A stretch of 64,000 nt of DNA from Podarcis cretensis (taxonomy: Eukaryota). Position numbers and translations under genes: made by a program. The notes below the pieces were generated by a model, which did not search any database, was not told the DNA's origin, and saw only the letters and a list, made by a program, of their open reading frames with translations. Below, in pieces: positions 1 to 13,500 of this stretch. Numbering within the stretch: position 1 is the stretch's first letter; every line of letters begins with the position of its first letter. Location: contig OX638159.1 in assembly GCA_951804945.1 (NCBI GenBank), positions 24,676,001-24,740,000 on the forward strand. The letters run 5' to 3'.

Positions 1-654
1 ACCACTGTCTAATAGATTTTGATGTCGGTAGTGTTCTTAAAACCCTCAAAGGGAGTGTTAAAAGCTGTTGCATAATTTGGGACTGAATAAATATCTGCGT
101 AAGAGAGTGGAGATATGAACCAAAGCAGTGCTAGCATTTGTTTTTGCAGGTCCTCTCCCCCCACCAACCCACCCCCAAGCCTGTCAGATAACTAATTGAA
201 AAGAGATTATTTGGATTCCTGCTGTTAAAAATTCAAGTGTTATTAACGCAATGGAACAGGGTGTATAGAAAGGAGATGGGCTGTGCTTGTAATGTGCATC
301 TTTGAGAATTGTCTCATATGTATATTGTAAGAGGTCTTGGCATTTGTGGCTGAATGAATGCATGGTTTTCTTTCCACGGTTAATAAACAAGACAAAGGGG
401 AAAGAGTTTTTTATTCCTCTTCCTGAACGTTAGATTTAAGTTGTGAGAACCAACAAATGCAACAGGAGTTTTGAGGCGAGATATAAAGATGTGCCTATTT
501 TAGATATACCGGTAAGAAAATCAATCAGCCAAGTTTCATCCAAAGTGGGGTGATAGGCACATATATGAACATATGCTAAACTAAGCTTACTGGTGCATGT
601 TCTGTGAAAACATGTAAACCTCCTTCCTTATTGATTAGATGTATATTAATTAGA

Positions 655-992
655 GGGACGCAGGTGGCGCTGTGGGTTAAACCACAGAGCCTAGGACTTG
701 CCGATCAGAAGATCGGCGGTTTGAATCCCCACGACAGGGTGAGCTCCCGTTGCTCGGTCCCTGCTCCTGCCAACCTAGCAGTTCCAAAGCACGTCAAAGT
801 GCAAGTAGATAAATAGGTACCGCTCCAGCGGGAAGGTAAATGACGTTCCTGTGTGCTGCTCTGGTTCACCAGAAGTGGCTTAGTCATGCTGGCCATATGA
901 CATCGGCTCCCTTGGACAATAAAGTGAGATGAGCACCGCAACCCCAGAGTCGGCCACGACTGGACCTAATGGTCAGGGGTCCCTTTACCTTT
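655..992 (+). mobile_element. Sauria (Squam1) SINE, near full length, small internal deletion
   Basis: tRNA-like head gggacgcaggtggcgctgtgggttaaaccacagagc and ccctttacct tail. 12-bp TSD TATATTAATTAG at 642-653 and 993-1004. Confidence 0.95.
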
Positions 993-3864
993 TATATTAA
1001 TTAGTGTATGTGCTGGATTTCATTTTGTAATCAGCCTAGCTAAATACATACTACAAATTAGTTATGATGTTTTATCATTTCATAGCTAGAACTGGTTAGT
1101 ATTACTGTACTGTTGGGAGTCCTTTGCTTTATCATAATAGAATTGGCAGGATATGAAATGTGAGTACAGGTATTGTACTATATACCCTGAAAGAATTTAG
1201 TGAGGACTTGCCAAACCAGACATTCTTTTAATGAAACCAGTTTTGGGAAATGATAGTGCTGTTACACTCTTGTTGTGGAGATGAGAAGTGTTCTCGCTAG
1301 GTAATTCAGTTTCTGAGATAACACACTAATTGAATGAACTGCTGCAGTGCTTGTATACATTGTGTAATATGGAATAGATGCCGGCTGAAATGATATCAAC
1401 AATATGCATAAAGTAATTTGTTCCAGACCTACACCCATGACCAATCCACTGGAATCACTTAAAAATAACCCATGCAATTTTGCTCTGATTGGTGTCCCTG
1501 ACCTGGACCAAGAAAATGAGTTGTTTTTGTGCAATGCAGAACAGGAAAGCTCTCTTTCTCCCAACCCATCCCATCCTTTAGCCTAGCTCCTACCCCTTAG
1601 CCTGACTGTTTCTCCCCTCACTCCTAGCCTTGCTTTCTTTCCCTTCAGCCTCTCCCCTTCTGCTCTCTCCAAGGACCCAACCTTGCTGTTTCTCTCTTCC
1701 TCCTCTACCACCACTTAAACACTGAGGGTTGGACCCAACCAAATTATTGTATGCATGCAATGACGTCCCTGAGCACAATGGTATTCTCCCCTCTTATCTC
1801 CCAGCACTCCCCCAAAACTTTCTCCCAAGACTCCTGAGCACATTTGAGTGTAGTGAAGGGACTGGTGGGGGACTGGAGTGATATAACTACCATTGTGCTC
1901 CTGAGAGTTGTTCCATATGCACAGTGACTTAGCTGGATCCACACCACAGTCAGTTTGCCTGTGCTCTGCCATTTGTTCTATCTTTTGTGACTTCTGGCTC
2001 TTCTTACACCCAGCACTCCCTGCTGTTAGCTGCCATGTTTTTTTTTGCCCTGCCCTTTGCTCCACCTGCCCTAGTAGGCAATTGCTGCCACTGTTGGCAA
2101 GTTTGTTTAAGAAAGCCTAAACACCATACTCTCGGGGCATTCACCTGTTCCTTGGCATCACATATAAGCAAGACTCAGTGGCTCCGGCTTTCCCCTGTGA
2201 CCACAGGTACCTGGGGCTGTGTGCAGTCACTGGGGTGAGCACACACACCATGGGGCATGTGCTATGTCATCATTCCCCCTGGCATGCACATACTACATCA
2301 TCACACCCTCTGGTGATGCATGTAGCAGGGTGCCATGGCGTAGTGTGTGCATGCCCCGCGGCATACATGTGCGGCCATGCCACATTTTGTGGGTGACTGG
2401 CCCTCTTATTAAAATGTCATGGGAGCCTGGGGACTGGGGACTGCTGGTACCCATAACATCAGCACTCTAGTAGCATTCTGCTGATATGCTAAGGTTGCAT
2501 GCACAGGCAAGCACCAGTTGCCCAGTTTTCAAAATAATATGTAAATACCTCATAAGTAAAGTTGTTTTTAAGATACACCCACACCCACCCACAGTTGCAC
2601 ATGTAAATTGTTAACAGAATTGTGCAGGATTCAGATACACAATGTTAACCCTCCCACTTTGAAATACACAGTGGTAGCTCAAGCGAAGCTATATGAATTA
2701 GTCACTGTCACACACAGGCATAAAAGTGGGATTCATAATTTATATTAATCACAAATATTTCTCCAAGTTTTATTAACATGCAGATTGGCTGCTAAAGTGC
2801 TTTCTGGAATACACCCACCCACCCTTCTACAGGAAACAAAACAGTAATTATTGGTGCTTATATAGAGATTAACAGTTTCAACAATTCACCTGAGGGTAAA
2901 TGTAGTTTACTATACATTTATTTTAACTCAGTTGCAGTTTATCACTATGGGAGTGATCAGTCAATTGTTTGACAGAAATGAAATGGACACGCAAGATGAC
3001 TTAATTCCTTCTGAGCAGGGAAGCAGGCAAATTATGAAAGCAGAGCAAGGCTGAAACAAAACCACAAGTACATGCCAGGTGAGGCTCCCTGGGGAGAACA
3101 TTCCAAAAGTGAGGCACCACAGCTAAGAAGCCTCTCTCCCCCATTGCCACCCACCTCAATTCAGACTGCAAAAGTACCTGGAAGAGGATCTCCAAAGATT
3201 GAACAGATTGAATTTACCTCCATGGATAGACTAGCCTCCACTAGCAGTGCTTCCATTTTGTCTAGATTAAGTGCCTTTGTATTGGCTTCCAGGATGCAAT
3301 TCAGCATATATATAACCGATTCCTGTTTGCAGTTGGCTGTGTATTGGATTCAGAACTGGCTCAGGGTGTTCTCTCTGATTACTCCAGTAGCATTGATCGC
3401 ACTCACTATTGGGGGGGGGGGAGGATGTGCAAAATTCCAGTTGAATCAAACTCTGTAACAAACCCCAGAACTCTTTGATTTTAGAAATTAATCAGTTGGG
3501 TCTCCTGTTGGCCTGCATGCTCTAAACTGAAAGCAGTGTGTAGAAATGGAATAGTTAAAGGAAAGGTGGCAGAAGGATTAGAAATGGGAATATAGGAGGA
3601 AAGGGAGGATAGAAACAATAGGGAGGGCAAAGAGCAAAGAGGCGGCAGGGAAGGATGGAGAAAATTAACACAGACCTAAGAATCAGATGAGCTGCATAAG
3701 ATTAGCAGGACCAATAAGAAGAAGAAATAGAGACGGGTGAGCAGGACAAAATTGAGCGGGACTGTGAGTTGGGTAGCTTAGGGGGTAAGGAGATCAAGGA
3801 AACAAGAGAGCCTTAATTTAAAAACAGACATGAACATCACCAGCCATCTTTGGGTGCAGGTCTA

Positions 3865-4008
3865 GAGTGCTAGATTTCAACATGGTATCCTCCAGATGTT
3901 AATGGTCTAGAGCTTGTATCAAGCCCTAACCAAGCATGGCCAGTGGTCAGGGACGAGTGAAATGATGTTCCCAGCAACAACAGGAGGGCACCAGATTTGC
4001 TACCCCTG
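3865..4008. mobile_element. Degenerate hAT-type MITE
   Basis: cctccagatgtt...gcatggccagtggtcaggga...caacaggagggcaccagatttgctacccctg. Confidence 0.6.
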
Positions 4009-5344
4009 ATACAGCTTCATTTTCTCCCTTCCCCTGGAACTTTCATTCTTGAGAATGTTTTAGAGACCTACTTTACAGCCCCTAGGAAAAACTATCAGAA
4101 GACATTTAATATTCTGTACCTCTGCAACCAATTCTGTATGAGCAATCCATGAATAATGGGACAGAATGTGTGGGCTGATGGGAATGATAAGAAAGAAGTC
4201 AGAATGAATACAGCTGGCCCTAAGAGCAATGCAGGGCAGGCTGTCAATATGACCTTCACACTTTCCATGTACTCTACAGGCAGAAATCAATTTCCCCACA
4301 TACAAGCTTCAGAGGTTTATCTCTATTGTTCCGTTGGATTAAAGAACAGACATTACTAGTATGCTTAATTCTATTAGGGCAAATTCACATTTCCCTCCTC
4401 CTCCTCCTGCTCTCAAACATGTTTTCTGTTTTTAAGACAATGGAAAAGTTTTGAAAGGGAGAAAGAAGATGATCAAAACAAACCCATAAAGATCAAATTG
4501 CTTGCTACAGAAGACACAAACAAGAGGTGGGAGGTAGGAAGAAGCTCATTATGAAGAGATTAGAAAATTAATTGATCCGTGTCTTTGACAGTTCCCACTG
4601 GACATCTGAAGATTCTGCAAAATGAAAATGCAGTCTCCAACATGACATTCTTCAGTATTATTTCATTTTTTCCCCTTGTCTAGCGACTCCTCTGAAGGAT
4701 CATTACATTCCAATTATTTTCAGCGAAATATTTCAGAAGAAAAGGGCATGATAAAAATCTGCCATGGTGGTGTAGTTCCCTAGAGAAACCTGCTAAGTCT
4801 GTTATCAGGACTGAAAAAGAGAAGAATACTATTCAGCATAAAACGTAGAAGCCCTGCGATGGGGAGGTTTCTCTTTCACAGAGCACTTCAAAATCCAGGG
4901 ACGAGCTGTAGGTTCTCGATTGCTATCAGGCAACTGATGAATTCAGTGATAGGAAAGTAAGGTCTGTTGAACTGTCTAATGTGTGCCTATTTTTAAGCAC
5001 TCTTCTGGGAGAAAGTGTAGGAATATAAACTTCAGTTTTAAATGCCACAGCATCATTTTTAGAAACGGTGAAACAGAGCAAACCTGTTCCTCTAAAGATT
5101 TTGGTGGACATCTCAATAAATGGGTTCTGGGTTTTTGTTTCGTTTTCATTATTTTAACCCTGACTTGGGGTAGTAATGCCATTTGAAAAAGAATAATAAA
5201 TCAGCCATGTAACTGCAAAGAAGAGATACATAAATATCCAATTTTCAGATCCTCCCCTCCATTATAGTGACTTGAGATATCTGTGTACCAGATTATAATA
5301 TCCTGGTGATGTTGAAGGATCTTAATTTGCCTTGGGTGCAGTGC

Positions 5345-5515
5345 AGACCCTCCAAATGTCCCTATTTTCCAGGGACAGTCCCAGATTTACAGAAGAAGGG
5401 TAGGGGTCATGCAGATAGGGACTGCTTTTGACACTTTATTTGCAGCAGCTCACAATGAGTTATATAGGACAAAGTAAATTGGTTTTAATTTGGGACACAG
5501 TTAAAAAGGGCCAAG
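5345..5515. mobile_element. Degenerate non-autonomous DNA transposon fragment
   Basis: gaccctccaaatgtccctattttccagggacagtccc...tttgggacacagttaaaaagggcc, with imperfect inverted ends. Confidence 0.5.
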
Positions 5516-5705
5516 GCTTGCCGCTTTCCCTAGGATCCAGAGTCAGGAGGCTCTGGTGGATGACTAGCGGCCATCTAAATGGTGTTCCCCAAAGCACTCC
5601 TTTTGTTAACTCAACAGAAGTGAATTGATGTTGTGTGCTCATACGGGGAGAAATGAAATGTTGCCTCTGGGAATGCAGTACAACAGTGCAAGTGAAAACA
5701 CATTT

Positions 5706-6125
5706 AGGCTGCATTCACACATGTTGTTGAAATGAGGGTTAGTGTTGCAAGAACAACCCACCGCAAGCTTTGTTCTCACATGCCTCCCACTTCCTCCGGC
5801 ACAGCTATAATGAGGAGTTTGGGGAGCTTTCCCTTCTATTTTAGATTAACTGAAGCTTGTTGTGATGTCTGAATCCAGACAAACGGTGGCTTAGATATGG
5901 TTTGTCGATGCAAACCAGCTTCAAACCATGAGACCTGAAGCTGATTTATTTCAACAAAATGTTGTTAAGATTAACCACATGTTAGGATTTGGATATAATG
6001 GTAAACTGCAATTAATCTGAAAAAGGAAGTGAAAGCTTCAGTCTCTTCCTCATCGACGCACTGTAGGAGAAGTGGGGATGGAGATGGCACATAAGCCTAA
6101 GACTTAGCGTTAAGTGCAAATGAGA
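5706..6125. mobile_element. Old ~400-bp palindromic non-autonomous element
   Basis: Arms ttagattaactgaagcttgttgtgatgtctgaatcc and ggatttggatataatggtaaactgcaattaatctgaa, with a central ccagcttca...tgaagctg. Confidence 0.6.
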
Positions 6126-7465
6126 CTTCTGGAAGTCTAGCTGCTCCACCAATAATGTGTTCTGGTAGGTAGAGGATACAGAAAAACATTGCATGGCCCT
6201 TAGCAGTTCCTGCAATAATGGGGCCCTCCTTCCACACACCCAGCCTTTGTAGTGTTGGGCAGTTTGCTAATAATATTTCAGGCCCTTGTAGATGTGTTAG
6301 ATATGGTTATCAATGCAATTGACACCCATTCTAATAACCCTGTCAGAAAATATGCTGTACTAGTTCACCAGGACACAGAGGTCAGCGTCATTCCACATGA
6401 TGGCAGTGGTATTCCCCAGCCGGCATTGTGCAATGGTAAGGGATTATGGGAGTTTCAGCTGAAAAACATATTGAAGAGGTACAGGGCTTGCATTAAGTGT
6501 TAGTTGCAGAATGTGCATACTATTGTAGCTTGCAGCTGTGTGATCATTGCCTGTGCATTATTCTTTTATTAACTGCTTTGCCATGCTTGCCTTTTATGTA
6601 AGATTAAGGCCCCTATGTGTGGAAAAGATTTTGAGAATCAATTATGTACAGCCTTGTATAAGCTAATTGAAATACAACACACATACATCAATAACTAAAA
6701 ATACCCTCTGCCTTCAATAGATTGTGGATGTACATTATGATCATTTATGGCGCTACTGCTGGAAACAGCAATCATATGGCAAATGATCCCTGCCAGGGCC
6801 ATGATGTTTAGAAGTACTGGAAGATCATAATTTACAATATCTGTGATAAGTGCTTGCATATGTTACTTGAAGGGTGGGAACATCACTTACCACAGGGAAG
6901 CTATTTTCCATTGTCTCCATATGGTGCCCACTGTGGCCGCCCGAGTCCTTCATTCCTGCATGCCCTCTTTACCTGATTTTTCCCTAGATGACCTCTCACA
7001 GGTACTCTGATGCTGCCGTTTTTTATGGCATGGAATAGATGGATGTTTTTAGCTCACTAAAACACTGTAGTTTATCTTTGCTCAGTGCAGGTATGTATCA
7101 TGCTGTGGTCCAATGAACTCCCATCCTTACTATTTCCTCACAGGATTGGCTCTGCTAAACAGAAAAATTGGCCAACCACCCCATGTTGAAGTGGCATCTT
7201 CTGGGTTGCATGTACTCTGACAATAAAATAAAAGTTGGGTTGTATTCCTTCTCTCTGGTATAGGTTTCCATGAACTGAAAAGGGAGGGAAGCAATTTTTG
7301 CAGATTCGTTCTCTCTGGGGCTCTTTGTGCACCCCCTTTCCCCAAAAGAAAATCTGCTTCAGGGACTGGGGAATAATTCAGACCACCATGAGAGGTAGTA
7401 TAAGTGGTGCAGAAGAAAGAGAGAATTTGGAAAAAAAAACCCAGATATCTACCTGTCACTGGAAA

Positions 7466-7590
7466 CAAGGAGGGAGTGTTCATGTGCTTGGGTCCTGCTT
7501 GTGGGACCTAGAGGCATTTGGCTGGCATCTTTGAGAACAGAATGATGGACTAGATGGGCCACTGGCTTGATCCTACAGGTTTTTCTTACA
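7466..7590 (+). mobile_element. CR1 3' tail fragment
   Basis: tcctgcttgtggg...ggcatttggctggc...gagaacagaatgatggactagatgggccactggcttgatcc. Confidence 0.7.
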
Positions 7591-8459
7591 TCCTTTGACA
7601 GAAGCTTCCTCAGGGGCACAGAGCCTTCTCTGAACAGAGGGGCACAACTGGATATAACCCAGAATTCTGTGCCTGTGCAGTCCAAATTGTGGGCTGAAAA
7701 ACTCTCAGTTGTGTTTAGTGAGTATGAGTTGACTGATTCCTATACAGTAAGTGATTCCTATACAGTAAGTAAGACATTAAAAAAAAACCCCATACTTTAC
7801 TGCACTACACAATTCAACCTCCATGTAGTGGTCATTTTGTATAAAAACTTTTTGATTAGTCATCAGCCAGTATATGATCTGTAGAACTCAGAGAAATATA
7901 TGATATTAAAATGAGGAAAATACGTATCATAATTTTTGTGAGCACTTTTCATGGCAACATTTATTATTTTTTTTTACTAGTCCTTCCAATTAAAACTTTG
8001 GTAGAACTGCTGGGGCTGGATAAAATTGTTCAGTGGGTTGTATCCAACATACATACTACAAGTGTTCCATCTTTGATTTAAAAGATTTGCATATGAATAT
8101 GTAGAACTAGCCAGGTTATAGAATGCAGCTTTCCAAGCATCACTCTGCACTTCATTTAACAATGGTATTTGTTGTGAGTAATACCAGTGTTACAACTATG
8201 TCTCTTGCAGTGACTACATAACATCCTTAAACACCCATCTGCATGCACCTAGGAGCCCTGATTTGGCTTTGGTTCTCCAGTGCACATATATAAATGCTTC
8301 TTATTCACACAAAATGCTTGCTGTGGAATGTACCAAACATGATTGCCTGTACTAAGTGCAGGGCAAAATTTGGCATCTTGGAAAGTAAAGGTTAAGCCAA
8401 TTTTATTACACTTTTTCTTTATCATCTTTGCTTCTCAGTGCAGGATTGTAGTTACTACT

Positions 8460-8502
8460 GAGGAGGAGGAGGAGGCAGAGGCAGAGGCAGAGGCAGAGGC
8501 AG
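8460..8502. repeat. Compound microsatellite (GAG)5(GCAGAG)4
   Basis: Read directly from sequence. Confidence 0.95.
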
Positions 8503-9401
8503 GAAAGTGGGAAAGAATGAGGCAGGGCATATGACATGTAATATTTCTGTTCCTATGTTCTTACCCTGCAGAACTCTTCCTTCTCTGTTCCAGAATAGAA
8601 TTCCTGAATAAAGTTCTGCATCGGAGAGCTTTCTTTCTCTACTAAGCAACTTCATCCAATATTTGTTTATTTATTTAGTTATTGAACATTCTGAACTGTC
8701 ATTTATCAAAATAAATTCCCAGGGCTTTTATAAGCAATCAGTGAAACACAATTACAATTGTAAAATGTTGTACAATAAAACAGTCAGAATTTCCTAAAAC
8801 ACTCATGAACATTAGAGCAGCAGCTCCCACACATCTGGATCAGAGGAATTGCTTCCAAGGTTAAATATACAAATTCCATGATTAATTGATTTTCTCATTT
8901 TAGAAAATAAATAATGAGGCCTAGCCATTACGTTAAGTTAGGTGTGAGTTTTGCATCCCCATAATTCACTGTATCAAAATAGGTCAGTGTTAGGAAATGG
9001 CACTTTATTATTTTGCACTGCCAGATAGTTTGGGCCAGGCAATAGATAAAAGTCTTTGGTTAGATTAATGACCAAAGTCCTTAATCTAAAAGTTTAGGTT
9101 AAAGCCTGTTTTCTGGTGCTCATACATTATTAGATGCCAGTAGCAATCCTTCTCAACTTCCATAGGCAGGATAACTGCATTGTCTTATGACTGAATCCAC
9201 TGCTGTAAAGCAGGATAATGAAAATGTTGCAAAATATATGGAATTTTCCGGTCTTTGGCTCAGCTGTGACAGTCGCTCTGCTCGCTGCGCTGAATAGCAC
9301 ACTGGCCATTTGTTGGCGAGTTCATATTTCACATGGCAGGGAATTGGGAAGACTAAGCAGACAGGAGAAGAGTTTTATTTGCAATAGCCTATGTATCCCT
9401 A

Positions 9402-9773
9402 GGGACGCAGGTGGCGCTGTGGGTTAAAGCCTCAGCGCCTAGGGCTTGCCGATCGAAAGGTCGGCGGTTCGAATCCCTGCGGCGGGGTGCGCTCCCGCTG
9501 CTCGGTCCCAGCGCCTGCCAACCTAGCAGTTCGAAAGCACCTCCGGGTGCAAGTAGATAAATAGGGACCGCTTACCAGCGGGAAGGTAAACGGCGTTTCC
9601 GTGTGCGGCTCTGGCTCTGGCTCTGGCCAGAGCAGCGATGTCACGCTGGCCACGTGACCCGGAAGTGTCTCCGGACAGCGCTGGCCCCTGGCCTCTTGAG
9701 TGAGATGGGCGCACAACCCCAGAGTCTGTCAAGACTGGCCCGTACGGGCAGGGGTACCTTTACCTTTACCTTT
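9402..9773 (+). mobile_element. Sauria SINE, young CpG-rich subfamily with (GGCTCT)3
   Basis: A box TGGCGCTGTGG at 9412-9422, B box GGTTCGAATCC at 9466-9476, (ACCTTT)n tail. TSD TATGTATCCCTA at 9390-9401 and 9774-9785. Confidence 0.96.
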
Positions 9774-10766
9774 TATGTATCCCTAGACTCTGATTTGACA
9801 TTAAACATCTGCTTCGTGATCTGTTTCAAGGCCACTTCCCTTCCGCCAACAAAGGTTACGACTTCAGGCAAGCTGTGCTTTCCCTGGCAGGGGGAAATTT
9901 GCCTGAAGTCTTGATCTAGTCAGAATTAAAGCACCCTGCCTTCAAATCCCTTTTCAATTATTTTCAAGAGACTGACAGTAAATGTATCAATAAGGTACAT
10001 TTAATTGGTAAACAAGGTCACTGCTTTGCTTAATCCATTGCTAAAACTTTTGTGACGAATGTGCAGTGCTGTTGGGGAAATTATGAATGTAGTTCTTATT
10101 TACAAACACTCTGAAATATTTAGGCAATTGGACTGATATCCATTCTGGTCTCTCAGGGCCTTTTGACATTACAGATGAAAACAAAATAAGCATGTGTATT
10201 GGTTCTCAGCTGCTTACTTCCAGTTTGTTAATTTAATAAATGTAGACTTGTATTCAGATGTTAGTCAACACACATGCTCAAAGGTGAAAAATTCAGCTCT
10301 TTGAAGTAATCCAATACAGCATATTTTTGTGTATGCATGATGGAAGCCTAATTGCACATTTCACTTGCATTATATTAAATGCACTTTGAGAGTTTCGTCT
10401 GAAGGACTGTCATCTTGTTTCATCCTGACATACACAAATTAAATCCTAGTTTCCTGACTTTCAATAATGGAGCTATTCTTGACCTTTTAGTAATGTGGGC
10501 TGTATGTTATCACCCACATGATTTACTGTTTTGGTACAAAGTCTGTAGCGCATATGGATATTCCTTTTTGTTTTATAATCTTTCCTCCAGCTTAAAAAAA
10601 GAAGAAGAGAGAAAGTAATTGAATATTTGCATATCTCCAAGGAGCCATGCGGGTTAAACTCCCGTATTCGTCTTCTGCGGTTCTTAGGCCACTTTGGTTT
10701 AAGAATAAGAGCTATTGCTTTTATGAAGTCCCTTTTTCTATAAAGTCAAAACCTCACAGCGGTGCA

Positions 10767-10898
10767 NNNNNNNNNNNNNNNNNNNNNNNNNNNNNNNNNN
10801 NNNNNNNNNNNNNNNNNNNNNNNNNNNNNNNNNNNNNNNNNNNNNNNNNNNNNNNNNNNNNNNNNNNNNNNNNNNNNNNNNNNNNNNNNNNNNNNNNN
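10767..10898. other. Assembly gap (132 N)
   Basis: Run of N. Confidence 1.
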
Positions 10899-11419
10899 AC
10901 AGGAGGGCTGACTTCCCAAAGTAGCATAGTAATAATCTTTTCCCTTTTTTTCACTTGAGAATGAAAGGGTATGGTCACTTGAGTTCTGCAGAAAGAAGTG
11001 CGCACTTCAGACGGGCTCTTTTCCTGCAACTCAGTTTTAGGACAAACATTCTTCCTGACATGTTTAAAATAAAAAGCCCTGTATTCTCCCTGTAGGAATT
11101 CATTTGCAGAATTGCTTGAAAAATGTAGGCACATTAGAAAGAAACAAAAAGTGAGCGTGGAGAGTTATATAGGAATGTGTACAAGCAGTTCCTGGGTGAT
11201 GCCTCTTCTAGTTCTAATAGTGTGGGTGTGCGCACTTTTACAAAGAGTACACTTTTTAAAAATCAGGTAGAAAACTGAAGTGGAAATCTGAGGTTCATTG
11301 AAAATGTGTGGAATATGTCTGCCAGCCTTTAACACTTTTTTAAAAAAAGCTATAGTTGACCTTACATTTTATGGATTCTCAGATAAATTGTTCTATAAAA
11401 CCTAAGGGATGCCTTTTTG

Positions 11420-11624
11420 CTCAGACCATGTGGTGGGCCGGACTATATTTGGGGTAAAAAATGAATTAATTCCTATGCTCCACAAATAACCCAGAGATGC
11501 ATTTTAAATAAAAGCACACATTCTACTCATGTAAAAACATGCTGATTCCCGGACTGTCCACGGGCCAGATTGAGAAGGCAGTAGGCCTGCATCTGGCCCC
11601 TGGGCCTTATGTTGCCTACCCCTG
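11420..11624. mobile_element. Non-autonomous hAT (Charlie/OC1-like) element, one end missing
   Basis: ctcagacc...gggccggactata...aattcctatg...ttgcctacccctg terminus (CAGGGGT-type hAT TIR). Confidence 0.7.
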
Positions 11625-12779
11625 GGTTAGAATATAGAGGAGGTATCTGTCCACCAGGCTCTGCTGTTGGAAAGGTCCCAGCTTAGCTTGCTCAAAGTGT
11701 AGTCATTGAGAAGCTACTGCCAGTGGTAGCAATGGTAGAGCTGCAATATAAGGTGTTGTGGAGCCAGGGTGGAGCAGAGCCAGACATTAATCCACTTTAT
11801 CCTAGGATTCTCCATCCTTGTGAGGGACCCAATCTAGGCCTCTTAGCTGCACCTGCCAGGGGCTGGCACAGCAACATAAAAATAAAAATTGCTCCCATCT
11901 TCTGCGTTGGTTGATGCAAGTAGCAGGGTTTGGGATGCAGTGTCCAACCCACTGTTCCTCTATGCTCTTACCTGGGCTGAGTTAAATTTGCTCTTTAAGG
12001 CTGCCATTCTGTACACATGGTTGTATAGGTCCCATTGAACTCAGTTGAATTACTTCTGGGTAGACATATATAGGTTTTCACAGTAAACTTTTATTTTCTT
12101 AGACATACTTTAGCTTAAGCACAGAAATACTCTCCAAAATGACACTAATGTGAGTAAACAGAACAATCAAGGAAACTAGGAACTGTGTCTTGTGAATGTA
12201 CAAATGAAAAAAGAAAGAAAGAAAGAAAACCATTGGAATTTGTATTGCAAATTCAAGTAAGGCAAGCCAAGCAGGAATGTGAAGATCAAATTGCTGAGAA
12301 TTGGACAATTTATTTTTCTTCCCCAAATATGTTAAAAGCAGGAAGCCAACAAGACAAGCAATGGACAGTAATGACAAAGGTGTAAGAGGAAAATTGACGA
12401 AGACAAGGAAATTACACTGAAGCTAAATAAATCATCTGCATTGGCCTTCCCTAATGAAGAGATAAGAACATATTTAGAAGTTTAGAACCAGTTCGCAAGT
12501 TAAGATTTTAAAAAACTACTAAAGCCAGTGGGCATGCAATAGAGTTCTTAAAAAGATCCATTGTGGAAGACTTTTTTAAACTAAATTTTATTAGATAGAT
12601 AGATAGAAGACAGACATACGATTACCTCTAAATTTTCCTTCACAACATATTTCAAGAAGAGAGCATCTACCAAGGTATACACCCAGTTTAATTTTTAGAG
12701 AGCATTACTTAATCTGGGTATGTTAAACATATTGTAGAAAAAGAACTTTTCTGAGGGAGAATCAGCATGACTTCATTAA

Positions 12780-12945
12780 AGAAGAGCTATTCGACAGTGG
12801 GACAGACTACCTTAGAAGGTGATGGACTCCTTCACTGGAGGTTTTTAAACTGAAGTTAGAAGGCCATTTGTCATGGATTCTCTAGCTGTGATTCATGGAC
12901 TAGATGACTCTCAAGAGTCTTTTCCAACTCTACAATTCTATTCTA
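12780..12945 (+). mobile_element. CR1 LINE 3' end
   Basis: gtgatggactccttcactggaggtttttaaac...ggactagatgactctcaagagtctttttccaactctacaattctattct. Confidence 0.8.
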
Positions 12946-13127
12946 AGACGATTCATGCCTTGCCAATTTCTTTGCTATATCAACAATTATTCATTTTTTG
13001 CCATTCTATACTTTCATTTAGCTTTTCATAACATAGAAGATTAACAGTTGGATCACAGGATTGGCACACCTTCACTACAAGGGAAGTCTGAACTGTTTGT
13101 TACCTTTTAGTCTATAAAGACAGTGAC

Positions 13128-13500
13128 GAGAGGAAAAGGTTCCTTCTGTTATAATGCTAGAACGTGGGTCACCCATTGACATTGATTGGCTGTACATTCA
13201 GGCAGGCAGTAAAAGTACTTCACACAAATACATAATTTATGGAATTTGCTGCCACAAGAAGTAAGTATGTTCATTAGCTTGGATGGCTTTAAAGCAGGAT
13301 TTTGACAAATGCATGAACAATATTTATTGGGCTATTAGCTATTATGATTAAGTACCATCATAGACTACTGAATATGAGTTGCGAAGGCATAACAGTGATG
13401 AGAGCTATTGGCTTCATTCCCTTCTAGTGAGCTTCCTCAAGACATATGGCTTGCCGCTAAGGAAAAGGATTCTGGACTAGATTGCTCTGATCCAGCTGAA
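13128..13500 (+). mobile_element. CR1 LINE 3' region (second subfamily)
   Basis: tggaatttgctgccacaagaagt...gcttggatggctttaaagcaggattttgacaaat...ctggactagat...tgatccagc. Confidence 0.75.

Noticed and set aside
7734-7769. Short tandem duplications (18 bp here; also ~30147-30210 and ~54062-54095)
   Set aside because: Ordinary slippage duplications with no sign of function.
9402-9480. tRNA-like sequence with A and B boxes
   Set aside because: It is the tRNA-derived head of a SINE with no cloverleaf 3' end or terminator; not a tRNA gene.
9432-9716. ORFs with a PEPEPEP or ARARAR motif, duplicated at 18607-18913
   Set aside because: Antisense translations of the Sauria SINE (GGCTCT)n repeat, not genes.
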